Under the pieces are notes generated by a model. That model did not search any database. It saw only the letters and a program-made list of their open reading frames with translations, and was not told where the DNA came from. The position numbers and the translations under genes are program-made. A DNA stretch of 63,190 nucleotides, filler included, from Octopus bimaculoides (Eukaryota): assembly GCF_001194135.2 (NCBI RefSeq). It is 6 parts of 6 records of this genome, joined end to end, with 100 filler letters (N's around TTAATTAATTAA, not from the genome) between each part and the next. Parts side by side here need not be neighbours in the genome. Positions count along the whole stretch, not along the records: positions 59,028 to 63,190 come from NC_068988.1; 5 more parts are not named here. One strand, 5' to 3'. Positions 62,626-63,190 of the stretch are shown here, piece by piece (the first letter of the stretch is position 1; each line of letters begins with the position of its first letter).

Positions 62626-63118
62626 AATGTATATATAAGGATAGACACGTATGCACCTGAGTATGTGTATGAGTGTGTACCACATATCAGCAACCATAAT
62701 CCCATATACAAAACACAAACCAGGAGAAAAAATTCAATTCATTTTTATCCGACATTACTCAACTTTCCGCATTGAAAACGTCTAATATTTGAAACACAAG
62801 TTAACTTAAACGAACGTTATATTTAGTAACATAACGCAACCGTGCTAAAGCTACTTTATGGCAAATTCCATTCTTATATTCTATTCTTTACCTAGTAGTT
62901 TTCGAAATATAATCTTCATTCGGAAGTTGAATATGAGTTAAAACTATTATAATGTTAAAAAGTCATCGTATTGCATAATGTCATTCTATAAAGGTTGTAG
63001 AAATTCTTAGAAAATTTAATATATTTCTTCTTCGGTATCTACTACACACACAGAAACACGTCTGAGTGTGCGAGTGTGTTTTTGTGCACGTGCGCGTGAG
63101 TGTATTTATGTATTTATG

Positions 63119-63152
<34 letters not shown>

Positions 63153-63190
63153 TGTATGTATGTCCATATATATATAAATAAATATATATA

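Noticed and set aside
1-63190. CRISPR array, rRNA or prokaryotic operon
   Set aside because: No regularly spaced repeat-spacer units, no rRNA-like sequence and no gene-dense region. The repeated blocks are dispersed SINE and LINE copies.

Overview
This is an AT-rich, microsatellite-dense eukaryotic draft scaffold with many N gaps, not a prokaryotic sequence. The SINE families and repeat landscape resemble an octopus genome (inference from recalled repeat families, not a database result). I can identify no intact protein-coding gene; most entries in the supplied ORF track are artefacts of N runs and microsatellites. The window is a mosaic of decayed mobile elements: at least three tRNA-derived SINE families, about ten R4/Dong-clade LINE fragments (many in (AAT)n arrays), RTE- and CR1/L2-like LINE pieces, a Penelope-like GIY-YIG remnant, two mariner remnants, a Tc1 deletion derivative and several long fold-back elements. 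The most interesting signal is a set of minimal type I hammerhead ribozyme motifs. Five keep the CUGAUGA and GAAAC core (10464-10508, 11129-11184, 22310-22355, 24663-24704, 29299-29344), and several more are decayed. They sit in three unrelated contexts: at the apex of long fold-back elements, inside a tRNA-headed SINE-like element, and in a Penelope pseudo-LTR-like stretch. All five have a 2-bp stem III whose sequence is self-complementary, the dimer-dependent type known from Penelope-like elements and retrozymes. Cleavage activity is untested. All folds and alignments were done by eye.
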